Source: Amoebidium appalachense (Eukaryota; Protista; Ichthyosporea). Taken from it: a DNA stretch of 64,000 nucleotides. Below, piece after piece: positions 62,283 to 64,000 of this stretch. Every line of letters begins with the position of its first letter. Position 1 is the first letter of the stretch. The DNA is taken from positions 2,719,527 to 2,783,526 of the forward strand of contig CAVNZM010000017.1 in NCBI GenBank assembly GCA_963693365.1, given 5' to 3'. Position numbers and translations under genes: made by a program. The notes below the pieces were generated by a model. The model did not search any database. It worked only from the letters and a program-made list of their open reading frames with translations, and was not told the DNA's origin.

Positions 62283-64000
62283 TATTAATCCCCATCCAAT
62301 TTTCTTGGGGGTATTTTTAATGTAAATAGGGGGGGGGGGGGGGGGGGGAGGAGGAGGCAGTGGCTATTTGGTGCCAATACAGCTGTAGGGGACTTAAAGG
62401 GGTAGGGGTGGTATCCAGTGTGTGGCACTGTGTGTTTGGATCCCTGGGGGAGGCGAAAGGAGGATGGATGGTGGAGGGGGAGGGGGGGGGGGGGGGGGGG
62501 ACGAGGGGGGGGAGGCAACGAGGGGGATAGGCTGGGTGCCAAGGGGCGCCTGCGGGGGGGAGGGGGGGGGGGGACCAAATGATTTTATTCCTTCCCCCCG
62601 CCCCCCTCCTCCTCCTCTCTCTCTCTCCCCCCCCCCCTCCCCCCTTCCCATCCGATTGAAAGGGGGATTGGGGGGCGGGAAGGGGGGGGGGGGGGCGGGG
62701 GTAATCGGGTTTGGGCGCTTGAAAACAGCCAGGGGGATAGGCGGAGGGAGAGGGGGGCGGGGGAGGGTGGGAGGGTGGGAGGAGGAGGAATTGTGCGTGA
62801 AGGCGGCCAGGGGGGGGGGGGGGGGGGGAGGGGGGTGAGGGGGGAGGGGGGGGGCAGCATACACGCCCGGACGACATAAGTGTGTCGTGGCCAGCCCCCC
62901 GGGCGACAAAAGTGGCGTGCGGACCCGCCAAGTCTTGGGCCGGCGTGGTGGCCACCATAGGCTCGGTGGGTCCCACCCCCCCCCTGCAAAAAACCCAACC
63001 CCTCCGACCTGCGCCCAAGAATTGCATCTTCTGAGAGAAAGAAAGCTGAAGGAAAAAGTGAACATTTTATGGATGGAGGCACAGGTGGGATGCGCGGGGG
63101 GCGGGGGGGGGGGGGGGGGGGGGGAATATACACATCCAGTTTTGCGTGTTTTACGAAATGACAAAAAAGTTATACGGTGTGAAATTTTTGGAAGAAAAGA
63201 GAAGGGCAATGTGAACATTTTGTTGTTATAAGGCAGCGGATCTAGAGGCTATTTAGTACAAGCTTATATGAATTCTATTGCTGTTCTGTCACAATAATGT
63301 GGGCGCTCCCAACATCAGGCTAGCTGTGCAGGGTGACACTAGGCCATTGAATCTCCGGGAGAAAGAAAAAAGGCAAGGCGTGTGGATTAGCTCACCTCTA
63401 TCCTCGTTCTTTTTTGCCCCAGCAACTGCATTCACTTCCGTACCAACACAGAACTCGCTTCTAAAAGAGAAAAACTACCCGACCACTACCAGAAACAAGA
63501 ACGCACGTACACCCCGGTCTATACTTGTCACTCACATCAACGCTTGTGCACCCAACGTTTTCTAGCAGACAGATGCACGGACAACGGACTTTTGCGCGTA
63601 TGCAAAACATGCGCGGGAACAGGCACACACCCAACATACACACACACTGGCACATGCACGTGCACACGCACATAAAGGACACACACTAACGTCCGGCGCA
63701 AGCACGTGCGCACACACATAGACACAACGACACACAGTCAAGCCGGGGTGCAGCACGCACATACCTATCCCGTGTCGGATCCCGGACGCGACCTATATCC
63801 GCATGACAAATCTCGCTTTATGTATATATGCTACAGACATACAACCAGGTGTACTACAAAATTATGAGTGGTTTGAGTGGTTACCAACCAAGTAACTGCA
63901 ACAAACCAGCCTGGGGGGGGGGAAAAATAGAAAAAGCTCCTTTGGGGGTGTGATGTGATTGACCTACCCACCCCGTCTGTACAGACAACCCCTCACCAAA

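Overview
Eukaryotic genomic DNA with intron-rich genes whose introns are full of (GT/CA)n and poly-G/poly-C tracts. Gene content suggests a holozoan-like organism, but this is inference only. Several 1-2 nt frameshifts in otherwise intact genes suggest an error-prone assembly, and most ORF-track entries are microsatellite artefacts. Four genes can be reconstructed: (1) a 13-exon PDSS1/COQ1-like long-chain polyprenyl diphosphate synthase (minus strand, 5413-19683); (2) a divergently transcribed, intronless, bacterial-type iron-containing alcohol dehydrogenase (plus, 20707-21874); (3) a low-complexity hypothetical gene (minus, 24861-37724); (4) a DPP8/DPP9-like peptidase (minus, from 41918 to near or beyond the right edge). 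The window also holds two identical intronic tRNA-Gln(CTG) genes and a hAT-type MITE with an 8-bp TSD. The most striking feature is a group of about 25 short, 5'-truncated repeats in at least 4 subfamilies. They end at poly(C) tracts and nearly all lie sense to their host genes. The two longest copies share a ~160-nt multi-stem RNA structure with compensatory changes and a putative pseudoknot. One copy keeps a Penelope-like RT C-terminal remnant. Together they are a candidate poly(C)-targeting Penelope-like retroelement system carrying a structured RNA or ribozyme that is not a canonical hammerhead.
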